Of a stretch of DNA of 64,000 nucleotides, positions 1-10,011 are shown piece after piece. How positions within the stretch are numbered: the first letter of the stretch is position 1; the number at the start of each line of letters is the position of its first letter. Both the position numbers and the translations under genes were made by a program. The notes beneath the pieces were generated by a model. It was given only the letters and a program-made list of their open reading frames with translations, was not told the DNA's origin and ran no database searches. The stretch is from Candidatus Hodarchaeota archaeon (GTDB lineage Archaea > Asgardarchaeota > Lokiarchaeia > Sigyniarchaeales > SOKP01): assembly GCA_048886685.1 (NCBI GenBank), contig JBHLKM010000004.1, positions 18,486 through 82,485 on the forward strand. Direction: 5' to 3'.

Positions 1-924
1 CAACTTATATTAGAAATCAAGAGAAAAGGATTAGAAAGCACTGCCAGAAGACTTCAAAGTAAATTATCAGAAAAATTTACTAATGCTACATTAATATTTA
101 GTATTAGTTCTCTCTCAGAATCTGATTGGGATTTAATTCGAAAATTTATGAAATGGGACCGGGGCAAAGAAAGGTTTACTAATCTTTATGTCGCTTCTGA
201 GGTTGGACCAATCGCAGCAAGTATAAATAAAGGAGACTTTGAAGTTTCACGATTAAACAGAATGTATGTATTCCCCTTAACTCTTCCTGTTTTAGAATAT
301 AAGGGAAAAAAGCAGTTAATCTCAAGAACGAAAAAGAAATTTGGCAAACTTTATGTGTCACGCCTTAATAATTCGGATGCTAAAATTAATATTGATATTG
401 GTGACATAATTTTCATTAAAAATCAGGTGGGTCTTCCTCAAATTAAAGGGAAAATCTTAAGAAATCAGTTTGAATTAAAGTATCCTATCAGAATATCTAA
501 TCATGTTGAAATTACTTCAAATTACAAAACTTACGCCGGCGATTTTTTCTCATTAAATGGTTTTGAAATCATAGAGCCACGAAATCTCTTAGTTTATTTA
601 AAGGAAAAATGTCAATTTTTGAATGATTCTTTACTGCTTATAAAATCTGATGAAAATGAGATTCCTAAATGGAGATTAATTCTTCCTTCAAGTAAAAATA
701 AAAAATGTATGACAGAAGATCAGATAAGAGAAATATTAATAAGATATCAAAAAGCAGGAGATCTAAAACAAGAAATACTTAATCAAAAAATAGATATCCA
801 AATTATAGAAGAACAACCAGTTAATTTTTTATCATCCCGAGAAGATATTTTAACTCAAGTTAGAGGTGGAAATATACCAAAAGGCATTCTTAAGAAATGG
901 CCTTTATATGTTGTTGAAACCTAA
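1..924 (+). CDS. 5'-truncated protein, possibly adenylate-forming (PaaK/acyl-CoA ligase-like) C-terminal part
   Basis: Frame is open from base 1 (QLILEIKRKGLESTARR...) into the 148..924 ORF; YVASEVG resembles the YGxSE/YGxTE adenylation motif. Confidence 0.4.
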   Translation, partial: QLILEIKRKGLESTARRLQSKLSEKFTNATLIFSISSLSESDWDLIRKFMKWDRGKERFTNLYVASEVGPIAASINKGDFEVSRLNRMYVFPLTLPVLEYKGKKQLISRTKKKFGKLYVSRLNNSDAKINIDIGDIIFIKNQVGLPQIKGKILRNQFELKYPIRISNHVEITSNYKTYAGDFFSLNGFEIIEPRNLLVYLKEKCQFLNDSLLLIKSDENEIPKWRLILPSSKNKKCMTEDQIREILIRYQKAGDLKQEILNQKIDIQIIEEQPVNFLSSREDILTQVRGGNIPKGILKKWPLYVVET

Positions 925-972
925 TTTAAAATCAATATAGAGAAAAATTAAAAAAAATTAATAATTGTATAT

Positions 973-1383
973 TCATTTCCAAACTGCTAAAATAATTCCT
1001 GCGATTAGAAAACAAACTAGGTAAGGAATATATTCTATGAGAAATAGTTTTAAGCCCCTATCGTTGAAATTAGACTGATTAATTCCTATAATTCCAACTA
1101 ATCCCACCCAAAGTAATAAATTTAATAGTAAGGCGGGACCGATATCTGTTGTTCCCGCTAGAATCATCACGACATCAATTATAAGAACAGTGATAAAACT
1201 TGATGGAATCATAATTATTGTGTCCCTTATTATCTTAGATTTAGGTTCACTTTCTTTACCTACGAGTTTTAACCACATATTACCAAAAGCAGATGGAAAA
1301 TACCAAAAGAAAAGGATCACAAAATATATTATTGCTGCAACAACGACAGCTAACCAATTGATTTCTAAAGCCATAATTATCAC
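973..1383 (-). CDS. DUF1761-family membrane protein
   Basis: INWLAVVVAAI...FFWYFPSAFGNMW N-terminal signature; about 4 TM helices. Confidence 0.75.
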   Translation of the reverse strand: MIIMALEINWLAVVVAAIIYFVILFFWYFPSAFGNMWLKLVGKESEPKSKIIRDTIIMIPSSFITVLIIDVVMILAGTTDIGPALLLNLLLWVGLVGIIGINQSNFNDRGLKLFLIEYIPYLVCFLIAGIILAVWK

Positions 1384-1618
1384 TTTTTTTTTAAAGTATT
1401 CAAATGTTTTATATAAGCTTGATACTTCATATCTAAATTTAACCTTTATCTGTATATATTATAAAAATTTGAGTCATTAATTAAATATTAAAACTTTTCT
1501 TCAAACTCATTAATTCTAAAACCAATATATAGAAATTCTCAATAATTTTTAAAAGCACTATTTAAGTTATTAATTTGGATAATTATTATTATACAATCTA
1601 AAATTATTAAAAATAAAA

Positions 1619-2437
1619 ATGGTTAAAATGAATTACAAAGAACGACAAGAAATTATAGCAAATTCAAGGATTTCTTTTGATTATTTACAGAAATTTAATA
1701 GAAATATGGGAATTCTTCATTTAATACAAGGGATATTAATGCTAACTGTAGGTCTCATTCTAGAATTCTCTAGAGATATATATACCTTCTATTTAACTTA
1801 TGAAGTAGTTCTTCCTGATAGTTTTAATATATATCCAAATCCAGAAGTACTACTAACAATTTCATATGTTGGCGCTATTTTAGCATCATTTCTACTATTA
1901 TCTGCTGTAGCTCATTTATTAATTGCCTATCCATTGAATAAAAGATATAATGAAAATTTACAGAAAGGATTCAATCCATATCGTTGGTACGAGTATGCTT
2001 TATCTAGTTCGATAATGATTGCTTTTATTGCATTATTATTTGGAGTCTGGGATTTCTGGTCACTAGTTATGATATTTGTATTAAATGCTACAATGATTAT
2101 GTTTGGATATATAATGGAATTAGTCAATCAATATACGGAAAAAACAAATTGGAAACCTTTTATAATGGGATGTATTGCTGGTGCTATTCCTTGGATTGTG
2201 ATCTTTGGCTACTTCTATGGAGTGGATGCTGAGGGTATACCTGACTTTGTGTACTGGATATTCTACACCTATCTTATCTTATTTAACAGTTTTGCAATTA
2301 ATATGGTGCTTCAATATAAGGCAGTCGGTCCTTGGAGGGATTATCTTTTTGGTGAACGAGTATACATAGTATTAAGTTTGGTAGCCAAATCCTTGTTGGC
2401 CTGGTTGGCATTTGGAGGTATTTTACAACCACAATAA
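1619..2437 (+). CDS. heR: Heliorhodopsin
   Basis: 7 TM helices; LHLIQ and AVAHLL histidines, NPYRWYEYALSSSIM (counterion Glu), LSLVAKSLLAW retinal-binding Lys. Confidence 0.95.
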   Translation: MVKMNYKERQEIIANSRISFDYLQKFNRNMGILHLIQGILMLTVGLILEFSRDIYTFYLTYEVVLPDSFNIYPNPEVLLTISYVGAILASFLLLSAVAHLLIAYPLNKRYNENLQKGFNPYRWYEYALSSSIMIAFIALLFGVWDFWSLVMIFVLNATMIMFGYIMELVNQYTEKTNWKPFIMGCIAGAIPWIVIFGYFYGVDAEGIPDFVYWIFYTYLILFNSFAINMVLQYKAVGPWRDYLFGERVYIVLSLVAKSLLAWLAFGGILQPQ

Positions 2438-2442
2438 AAATA

Positions 2443-2466
2443 ATTTTTTTTTTACTTTTTTATTTT
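2443..2466 (+). terminator. T-rich archaeal-type terminator after heliorhodopsin
   Basis: Long oligo-T tracts right after the stop codon, between convergent genes. Confidence 0.45.
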
Positions 2467-2482
2467 AATGGACATTAGGAGT

Positions 2483-2953
2483 TTAAGGGGATTTTAGGCC
2501 AATGGGTTCCCGCATTTCTACAAATTTATATATTAATTCATTCTTATTATTTATAGCTTCCCATCCTTTTCCCTTTTCAAATCCATGGGCAGCTAGAAAA
2601 TTTTGCGAATAGGTCTTTCTAGCTATTTTTACCATATGTGTAAGCACATTTAATTTTTCCTCCTCATCTTCAACAAGAACTAATTTACCCTGCATTGAAA
2701 TAAAAGAAAATGCACTTAAATCTTCTTCTAAGTGCTCAACGGAAACACAAACATTTGTATTCTTTTCTAGAATTTTCTTTTTCTTCCCATAATCTGTAAA
2801 ATGGAAATACAATGTATCATTGATATATGCATATTGAAAAGGAGAAATATAGGGATATTTGTCATCAATAAATGCAATTCTACATATTTTTTCATTTTGA
2901 AGTGCCTGTTTTATCTCATTATCATCCATTTTTGGTAATTTTAAGGGATTCAT
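2483..2953 (-). CDS. Pyridoxamine 5'-phosphate oxidase-family (NimA-like) flavin-binding protein
   Basis: ICRIAFIDDKYPYISPFQY...LYFH...GKK...NTNVCVSV pattern. Confidence 0.85.
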   Translation of the reverse strand: MNPLKLPKMDDNEIKQALQNEKICRIAFIDDKYPYISPFQYAYINDTLYFHFTDYGKKKKILEKNTNVCVSVEHLEEDLSAFSFISMQGKLVLVEDEEEKLNVLTHMVKIARKTYSQNFLAAHGFEKGKGWEAINNKNELIYKFVEMREPIGLKSP

Positions 2954-3002
2954 AATTTAATCATAACGAATTTATATTTCTTAATTTAATAATAATTTAC
3001 TT

Positions 3003-3902
3003 CTAGTTATCTAAATTTAACCTTTCATCATTTAAAATTGCATTTATTGCTTTCAAAGCGCTAACCTCCTTATTTTTTATCTCAATCATGATATCAAAAT
3101 CATCATTTCTCGTAGACTCAATAAATTTTTTAAAATGATTTATATTAATTGAATCTGCATGACGACATTTACCCTTTATGAGATGTTTTGAACTATAATG
3201 TAGTATTGGTAAACCATCTTCAGGCTCCCATGTTTTGATGACTTTTTTTAAGATATCTTGAAGTTTTTCTTGTATAGGATTACATTCATGATGATATACG
3301 TCGAAAATTACCGGAATCCTTGTCTGTTCACTAATTGATAGGCAATCATCAATAGTGAAGCTTTTATCATCATTCTCGATTGCATAATACTGTTTTATTC
3401 TCTTGTCTAGAGAATGATATCGATTTATAAACCTATTAATGCTTTCTTGTTTATCATCATAAACTCCACCTACATGTGTTATAATTTTGGCAGTCTTATC
3501 AAGCCCCAGCAAATCTAAGATATCAGTATGATAAATTAATTCATTCACACTATTCTTAAATACCCTATCCTTGATTGAATTGAGGACAGTATATTGTCCA
3601 GGATGCATGGTAATTCTTATAGCATGATTTTTAATAAAATTTCCAATAGTTTGAAAATTTTTCTTGAAATAATCTTGCCAGTTAAAATCCATCACAGGGT
3701 GAGATCCAAAAGGGATTAAATCAGAAGTAATTCTAAAAAATAGAATTCTATTATTAACATTAAATTTTAAAGTTTCCTCTAAACAATTTAAATTATTAGT
3801 AATTGTTTGAATTAGTCTCTCTTTAGAGTAATTTTTTAAGCGAAATGTACGACTACTTTTGCATTTGAGGGCTAAATTAATACATGGATATCCAATTTTC
3901 AT
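3003..3902 (-). CDS. uvsE: UV DNA damage endonuclease
   Basis: MKIGYPCIN, FFRITSDLIPF, MHPGQYTVLNS, HVGG, IENDD, FDVYHH, HADSI, IMIEIKNKE motifs. Confidence 0.95.
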   Translation of the reverse strand: MKIGYPCINLALKCKSSRTFRLKNYSKERLIQTITNNLNCLEETLKFNVNNRILFFRITSDLIPFGSHPVMDFNWQDYFKKNFQTIGNFIKNHAIRITMHPGQYTVLNSIKDRVFKNSVNELIYHTDILDLLGLDKTAKIITHVGGVYDDKQESINRFINRYHSLDKRIKQYYAIENDDKSFTIDDCLSISEQTRIPVIFDVYHHECNPIQEKLQDILKKVIKTWEPEDGLPILHYSSKHLIKGKCRHADSININHFKKFIESTRNDDFDIMIEIKNKEVSALKAINAILNDERLNLDN

Positions 3903-3937
3903 TAGAATTTACTATTTATGATTTCACATGCAAATAT

Positions 3938-4723
3938 TCAAATTAAATAAAATTTTTTCCTTCGATCTCCAATAAGATCATTATATTCATTCAATTTTTT
4001 ATTCCTAACAAGACTTACATCAATATCCGCAAAATCTATAAATTCTTGATCTAAAGGTGCTGTAGAGATTATCGAACCATCATAGGACGTAATTTGGCTC
4101 CCTCCAGTAAATCTAAATTCATCTTCACCTCGTTTCTCATGACCAATTCTATTAGCAGTAACAGCGTATATTCGATTCTCTAAACATCGAGTAATCATTG
4201 CTTTTTGGCAATAAGGGAGGACTAAATTAGCAGGATGGGCAATAATATCTGCACCTAAGATTGCAAGAGTTCTCGCTGTTTCGGGAAATATCCAATCAAA
4301 ACATACCATTATACCAATATTCATACTATTTATTTTATACACTTTTAAAGGTTTATCTCCTGCAGAAAACCAGAATTTTTCTTTATAATATAAATGAATT
4401 TTTCTATAAGTACCAATTACTCCCTCATCTGATACGATCATTGCCGAATTATAAATTTTTCCTCTGTCTTTTTCAGCAAATCCCCCAACAACCACAGCTC
4501 CAGTGTCAATGGCGATATTATTCAAAAATTGAGAAGTATTTCCGTGAAGATTTTCAGCTAAAGAGATTACTTCTTCTTTTGATGTAAATGTATAACCTGT
4601 AGCAAATAATTCGGGTAATACTATTAAATCTGCGCTCAAATTAGCAGTTAATCTCTTAATATCATTAAAATTTTGTTCCTTTTCGCCAAAAATAGGATTT
4701 GTTTGAATATAACCAATTTTCAT
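3938..4723 (-). CDS. Carbon-nitrogen hydrolase (nitrilase superfamily amidase/acyltransferase)
   Basis: Glu-Lys-Cys triad: LPELFATGY, YRKIHL, VCFDWIFPE. Confidence 0.92.
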   Translation of the reverse strand: MKIGYIQTNPIFGEKEQNFNDIKRLTANLSADLIVLPELFATGYTFTSKEEVISLAENLHGNTSQFLNNIAIDTGAVVVGGFAEKDRGKIYNSAMIVSDEGVIGTYRKIHLYYKEKFWFSAGDKPLKVYKINSMNIGIMVCFDWIFPETARTLAILGADIIAHPANLVLPYCQKAMITRCLENRIYAVTANRIGHEKRGEDEFRFTGGSQITSYDGSIISTAPLDQEFIDFADIDVSLVRNKKLNEYNDLIGDRRKKFYLI

Positions 4724-4725
4724 AT

Positions 4726-5595
4726 CTATAAAGAATTAATTGATGTAGTATCTTTATCTATTCGCATTGTATATAAATCTTCAGGTTTTTTTTCCGTTAT
4801 GACTTCTTTTTCTAATTGGCTCATAATTATATTTTCTAAATTATTTTCAAAGAATACATTTTTTTTGTATTTTTTTGCTGGAGCTCCTACATAAATCCAA
4901 CCTTCTTCTAACTCTTGTCCAACAGTTGTCATAGAACTTCCTGCCAAAATTGAATCTTTTTTCATATGAGTCCCTGGCATGACTATAGCATGGGCACCAA
5001 TTACTGCATTATCCTCAATAACTGTCTTTCTTATTATAAACAAATTTCCAACTATAACTGTTGACTGGATAATGGCACTTTGACCTACAACTATATTTTT
5101 ACCAAAATGTAAGAATTCTGTATCAACAAATCCTTCAAAAAGTGAATTAGAGAATTTAGTTTTGACCCCAAACATTTTTAAGCATATATTATTAATGAAA
5201 GGAAACGGAAATTTATGAGAAATCCACAATGGCCATTTTTTAATTACACTTCTTAAACTCCAGTATCTAAAATCTTTATCAGAATGATGTCTGAGAAAAA
5301 CTCCTTCTCTTGGTTTATGAATAAGGTTAACGATAATTAAGAAAAATTTAGCAAATATTAGAGATATGAATATGGATGTTAAATACATTACAAAAATTAT
5401 GAGGGGTAAAAAGAGATAGAAATGAACAAATTTTTCTATTTCATAAACTATCCAGAATAGCCAAAACTCAAATTGAATCGAGAAAATACTTATCCATATA
5501 AGGAAAATATAAAAAATTAAATACCTTTTTTTTACTAAAGTGAGCGTAGTATTTGGTCCTACTTTTAGACTTGCGGGAATAGACATTTTTCTCAA
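4726..5595 (-). CDS. Membrane-anchored left-handed beta-helix (hexapeptide repeat) acyltransferase-like protein, paralog 3
   Basis: 2 N-terminal TM helices, HKPREGVF..DFRYW motif, hexapeptide repeats, GWIYVGAPAK end motif. Confidence 0.75.
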   Translation of the reverse strand: MRKMSIPASLKVGPNTTLTLVKKRYLIFYIFLIWISIFSIQFEFWLFWIVYEIEKFVHFYLFLPLIIFVMYLTSIFISLIFAKFFLIIVNLIHKPREGVFLRHHSDKDFRYWSLRSVIKKWPLWISHKFPFPFINNICLKMFGVKTKFSNSLFEGFVDTEFLHFGKNIVVGQSAIIQSTVIVGNLFIIRKTVIEDNAVIGAHAIVMPGTHMKKDSILAGSSMTTVGQELEEGWIYVGAPAKKYKKNVFFENNLENIIMSQLEKEVITEKKPEDLYTMRIDKDTTSINSL

Positions 5596-6485
5596 TCCTC
5601 TAAATTGTTATCTAGAAGTTTTTTCTTATCTTCATCTATATTAACCTCTTGCTTAACTTCATATTTTATCTCTTCTTCTACGTGTTTTCTATAAATAACA
5701 TCACGCCTTTGTTCTGCATATTTATTTCGTTTTAATTTCTTTGCAATTAATGGTCCTAAATAAATCCATCCCGGTTCTATAAATTGATTTGGAACTGTTG
5801 CACTAAAAGCACCTAATACTGATTCTTCTCCCATTATAGTACCAGGAGAAATATTGGATACACCTCCGACAACAGTATAATCTCCTAAGATAATCCTTTT
5901 AATAATTAAGTATCGACCAACCACCATGGATGACATAACCACCGCTCCTTGCCCTACCGTGACGTTTCGACCGAATTCAATAAATTCTCCATCGGACCAA
6001 GCATCATGCATATGGCTAGAGAAATCTACTCTAATACCAAGCCATCTAAAGCCCCACATCACGATCCACGGTAATGGACCGTTATTCATCAACCAAAAAA
6101 CTAATTTTTTTAGTTCAACGCGTAGTCTCCAAAATTCGTAATCCTGATCGCCCTCTTCTGCTATAAAAACCCCTTCTTTAGGCTTATGGATCATATTTAT
6201 CATTAGAAGAAATGCTTTTGTAAATATAGCCACACCAAAAATAAAAATGAAATACAAAATGAACAACCAAAATGGCAAAAGTAAAGTAGTAATTATCCAG
6301 TTATTAATTAGATGTGAAACATCAAAGAAAACAGCAGTCGCCATATATCCCGCAATCCATAAGATAGGGATATAGAAAATTAAAAACTTAATACCAATTC
6401 TACTGATTGCACTGCTAGTTACAAAATCAATAGTATAATCTACTTTATCAGTATTTTTTATATTTCCTGTTTTGCTTTCAGTCAT
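5592..6485 (-). CDS. Membrane-anchored left-handed beta-helix acyltransferase-like protein, paralog 2
   Basis: 2 TM helices, HKPKEGVF..DYEFW motif, hexapeptide repeats, GWIYLGP. Confidence 0.75.
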   Translation of the reverse strand: MTESKTGNIKNTDKVDYTIDFVTSSAISRIGIKFLIFYIPILWIAGYMATAVFFDVSHLINNWIITTLLLPFWLFILYFIFIFGVAIFTKAFLLMINMIHKPKEGVFIAEEGDQDYEFWRLRVELKKLVFWLMNNGPLPWIVMWGFRWLGIRVDFSSHMHDAWSDGEFIEFGRNVTVGQGAVVMSSMVVGRYLIIKRIILGDYTVVGGVSNISPGTIMGEESVLGAFSATVPNQFIEPGWIYLGPLIAKKLKRNKYAEQRRDVIYRKHVEEEIKYEVKQEVNIDEDKKKLLDNNLED

Positions 6486-7407
6486 TTGCCGTTTTCTCTT
6501 TAATTTTCAATTTATTCTTTTTTGATAAACCTGAGATTTTGTTTAATTCCTCAGCCCTTTTTAAATCATCTTCTGTCACTTGTAGATAATCCATAACTTT
6601 TCTTTTGAAGATCTTCCTTAGGGGTGTACCAAGATAGAAGTTATTTCCTTTTAAAATATTATATTTTGTTGCACCTGTCATAGGTAACCACCATGAATTA
6701 TCACCCGTATTCACTCCGGGAGCAATACAGTTAAATGCTGCAGTGGTAAAATTGTTTCCAATCTTTATTTCTGCAAAAGATATATTTCCAAAAATCCCTT
6801 CAACAGCATGCGAGCTAATTGCAGCATTCGTTCCAATATAACAATTCTCTCCCATAGACACATAACGATCTCCTGCTATTTGTTCTTCAAGAACAGAATC
6901 CCTTCCAATTTTATTAACACGGGTGAAATTAAACATCCATTTTACTAGCCATGGGAATGGACCTTTTGAAAAAGCATTCTTAGGGTATTTTATCACAAAA
7001 CTTCGAAAATGGTAATAATTTAAAGTTTTACTTGGAATATTCCTTGGGATTATTCCTGCTTTAGAGGGAGATCTTTTTTCTGAAATTGCCCAAAACCATC
7101 GAGTAATTAAAGCTACAACAATGAGATGTATTAGATAGCATATTATAATTATTAGAGGTAAAGTTAAGGAAACAATTAGAGAAGGTAAATTAGTGAAAAG
7201 CGAAATAAAATTTCTTATTTCCAAGAATAGTGGTAAGTAAAATAGCATTATAAACATCATGAAAATAATTGCTGGTATCAAAAAGGAAGCAAAATAAATG
7301 ACAAAAAAAGCTGGTAAATACCAATGTAATTGTAAATTAATTTCTTCTTTAATAATATTATTAGCAGTCTTTAAAGTATCTTTTTCATTTTCTTCTGTTT
7401 CTTCCAC
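6478..7407 (-). CDS. Membrane-anchored left-handed beta-helix acyltransferase-like protein, paralog 1
   Basis: 2 TM helices, PSKAGIIPR..LNYYHFR motif, hexapeptide repeats (MGENCYIGTNAAI), YLGTPLRK. Confidence 0.7.
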   Translation of the reverse strand: MEETEENEKDTLKTANNIIKEEINLQLHWYLPAFFVIYFASFLIPAIIFMMFIMLFYLPLFLEIRNFISLFTNLPSLIVSLTLPLIIIICYLIHLIVVALITRWFWAISEKRSPSKAGIIPRNIPSKTLNYYHFRSFVIKYPKNAFSKGPFPWLVKWMFNFTRVNKIGRDSVLEEQIAGDRYVSMGENCYIGTNAAISSHAVEGIFGNISFAEIKIGNNFTTAAFNCIAPGVNTGDNSWWLPMTGATKYNILKGNNFYLGTPLRKIFKRKVMDYLQVTEDDLKRAEELNKISGLSKKNKLKIKEKTAND

Positions 7408-7626
7408 AGCGTATCCCTTTTAATTAAATACTTTCAAATTTTGTCTAATTTCTTGCTTGTTCTTTTGAATATACTTTTGAGTATTTAAAAATTTTCAGAT
7501 TAAAAATCATAGGAGAAGTGGATAAATTATTTTTGGTATTATTTATGAATTATTTATTTGAGTTAATTATAAATAAAATTTGAAAGAATTAGGATACTAT
7601 AAAAATTATGAATGGGTTGAATTAAA

Positions 7627-8820
7627 ATGTTTTGTACAAAATGTGGCGGAACCATATCTGATGATGCAAAATTCTGTCCTAATTGCGGGGAAGATTTAAC
7701 AGAAGTGATGGATATTATCAAGGAGAATTCTAGTACAAGTGATATTTCAATCGCAGAATCAGATTTTAAAATTTCCCTCGAAGGGGATGCTAATGTTGTA
7801 TTGAATATGATTAAAGAGGAACTTCAAAATCCAAAACCAAAGACTAAAACCATTTTAAAGTATTTAATTGATTTAAGAGCAAATAAGAAGATTTCGCAAC
7901 CTTCTGATTCTGAATTCTTTGATATTGTTGGAGTTACTTTCAAATTAAATCCTGATTTTTTCATGAAAGAGATTTATGAAACATTCATGGTTAAAATGGG
8001 TAATATCATTGGAACTGAAAAACGGAGGGAAATGGAAAAATATATTATTGAAAAATTTTGTTTGGCTGAAGGAGAACAAATACTTTATGAATGTAAGGGG
8101 AATATAAAACAAACTGAAATTTTAGAACAGAAACCTTCAGGTAAATACGAAGGGGGATTATTTCCAATTCGTATTTCAGTAAGTTTAGGGGATTTTTTCC
8201 TTACGAATTATAGATTAATTGCTCATGGATCATTTAAAGTAAAAGGTGGTGAAAGCAAAAAATTATTTCTATGGACATCATCAATATGGGTATTTTCGGG
8301 GGGATCTAAACGAAGAGAAAGAAAGAGGGCTCTTATTGAATCATCTCCACTTTTCGGATACCAATTTTCAATTAAAAATCATTGGGGTTTAGTTAAGGTC
8401 AAATTCACACATGTAGTGTTATATAATATTAATGTTGACAATCGTAAATGTCTTATTTCTATAAAACCCACTGATAAGTCAAAAAGAGAAGAAGATATGA
8501 GTAAAATCTTTGATCTTTTACGTAAAGATGCTAATGAGTTCTTAGATGTTATTCAAGAAATAATGGAATTCGAAAAATCAGAAAAAATGAAGAGGAGACT
8601 AATTTGGGGTAATCTAAAAGCATTACATAAAAGTGAAGAATTCACTGGTCTTTCTGATTTGGATTACTTAAATATTGTAAAAGAGACTTATGAATTAGAT
8701 CCCGAATTTTTTATGACTTCAATTTACCCAAAAATGACATCTTGGAATGATGAATCATTTCTGAGCATAAAAGAGGAACTTTTTGCTCTGTTAAGCAAAG
8801 AAGGAGCTAAAATTAACTAA
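7627..8820 (+). CDS. Zinc-ribbon protein with internal helical repeat and PH/GRAM-like central domain
   Basis: MFCTKCG...FCPNCG; EGEQILY...GDFFLTNYRLI; duplicated helical segment. Confidence 0.55.
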   Translation: MFCTKCGGTISDDAKFCPNCGEDLTEVMDIIKENSSTSDISIAESDFKISLEGDANVVLNMIKEELQNPKPKTKTILKYLIDLRANKKISQPSDSEFFDIVGVTFKLNPDFFMKEIYETFMVKMGNIIGTEKRREMEKYIIEKFCLAEGEQILYECKGNIKQTEILEQKPSGKYEGGLFPIRISVSLGDFFLTNYRLIAHGSFKVKGGESKKLFLWTSSIWVFSGGSKRRERKRALIESSPLFGYQFSIKNHWGLVKVKFTHVVLYNINVDNRKCLISIKPTDKSKREEDMSKIFDLLRKDANEFLDVIQEIMEFEKSEKMKRRLIWGNLKALHKSEEFTGLSDLDYLNIVKETYELDPEFFMTSIYPKMTSWNDESFLSIKEELFALLSKEGAKIN

Positions 8821-8870
8821 TCTGATTTAAGTCAAAATGAGTAGAAGAAAGTACTAAAGAAAAATTCAAA

Positions 8871-9701
8871 TTATTGTTTTTTCTTTTTTGGAAACCACGG
8901 AAAAAAGACACTTGTTCTTTTTTTATAATCTGCATATTTATCATCATCTTTATAGCGCCAATTCAATAGTCTTATTCCAGAGACTTTAATTATCATATAA
9001 GTAATAAAGATTGGTCCAATAACTGAAATAAAGCCAAATGGAGCTGCTAAAGCAATTATAAAGATCCCCCACCATTGGGTAACTTCTCCAAAATAGTTGG
9101 GATGTTGAGTGTATTTCCATAATCCTTGATCCATAACTTTTCCTTTATTATCAGGATCTTGTTTAAATTTATATAGTTGGTAATCACCAAAAGTTTCAAA
9201 AAGAAATCCTATAAACCATATTAAGGATCCAAGCCATAATGTTACTTCATTAAAGCCTAACAGACTCTTTACAGTTGGGATATCACTTACATTTACAAAC
9301 CAAACAGGAAATGCGACAATAAAAATAACCAATCCTTGGAACATATAAATTCGAATAAAACTTTTCAAAACAATATTAGTCTTCCATCGTCTTCTCATAG
9401 CTTGATATCGATAATCTTCGGGTTTCCCTCTATTCCTTATGAATACATATGTTGCTAGTCTCAGTGCCCAAGTAAATACTAAAGCTGTAATTATCAGTTG
9501 ACGCAAATTTACCTCATTATTTATGATAAAATAAAGAATTAAGCTTGATAACGCCATAATGAAATATCCAGGACCATAAAACACATCCATGAGTCCATTA
9601 TTTTTCTTGATTGTCCCAATTATAAAAGCTATTATTAGGTAGAATAGTAGACATAAAGCAGAATATCCAATTATTATTAACATTGACTCTATTGCTGTCA
9701 T
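8871..9701 (-). CDS. DUF1295 / steroid 5-alpha-reductase-family membrane protein
   Basis: WALRLA, EDYRY, GDYQLYKFK, GLWKYTQHPNYFGE, YKKRTSVFFPW. Confidence 0.9.
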   Translation of the reverse strand: MTAIESMLIIIGYSALCLLFYLIIAFIIGTIKKNNGLMDVFYGPGYFIMALSSLILYFIINNEVNLRQLIITALVFTWALRLATYVFIRNRGKPEDYRYQAMRRRWKTNIVLKSFIRIYMFQGLVIFIVAFPVWFVNVSDIPTVKSLLGFNEVTLWLGSLIWFIGFLFETFGDYQLYKFKQDPDNKGKVMDQGLWKYTQHPNYFGEVTQWWGIFIIALAAPFGFISVIGPIFITYMIIKVSGIRLLNWRYKDDDKYADYKKRTSVFFPWFPKKKKQ

Positions 9702-10011
9702 ATAATTTCCTTTAAGATGAATTATAATTTGAGATCAATCATTATTCAATCAATATAATATTTTTCTCTATTTTTTATTGATTAAAAATCTCGTTTACTA
9801 CATCCCATAAAGAAGGAGGATAATTCAACTCAAACATCTCACTTAGACTTTTAAAAATAAAAAAAATATATAGATTGATAGAATATTGGTTCGGTGAATC
9901 TTGAAGCGTTTCATCTAGATTAATTCCTTCTTTTATTTTTTTTTTTATTTAAAGATTTCAAGTATCTCTCAATTCTTCTACTGTAATGAAGCAAGCAATA
10001 TTTTTATTCTA

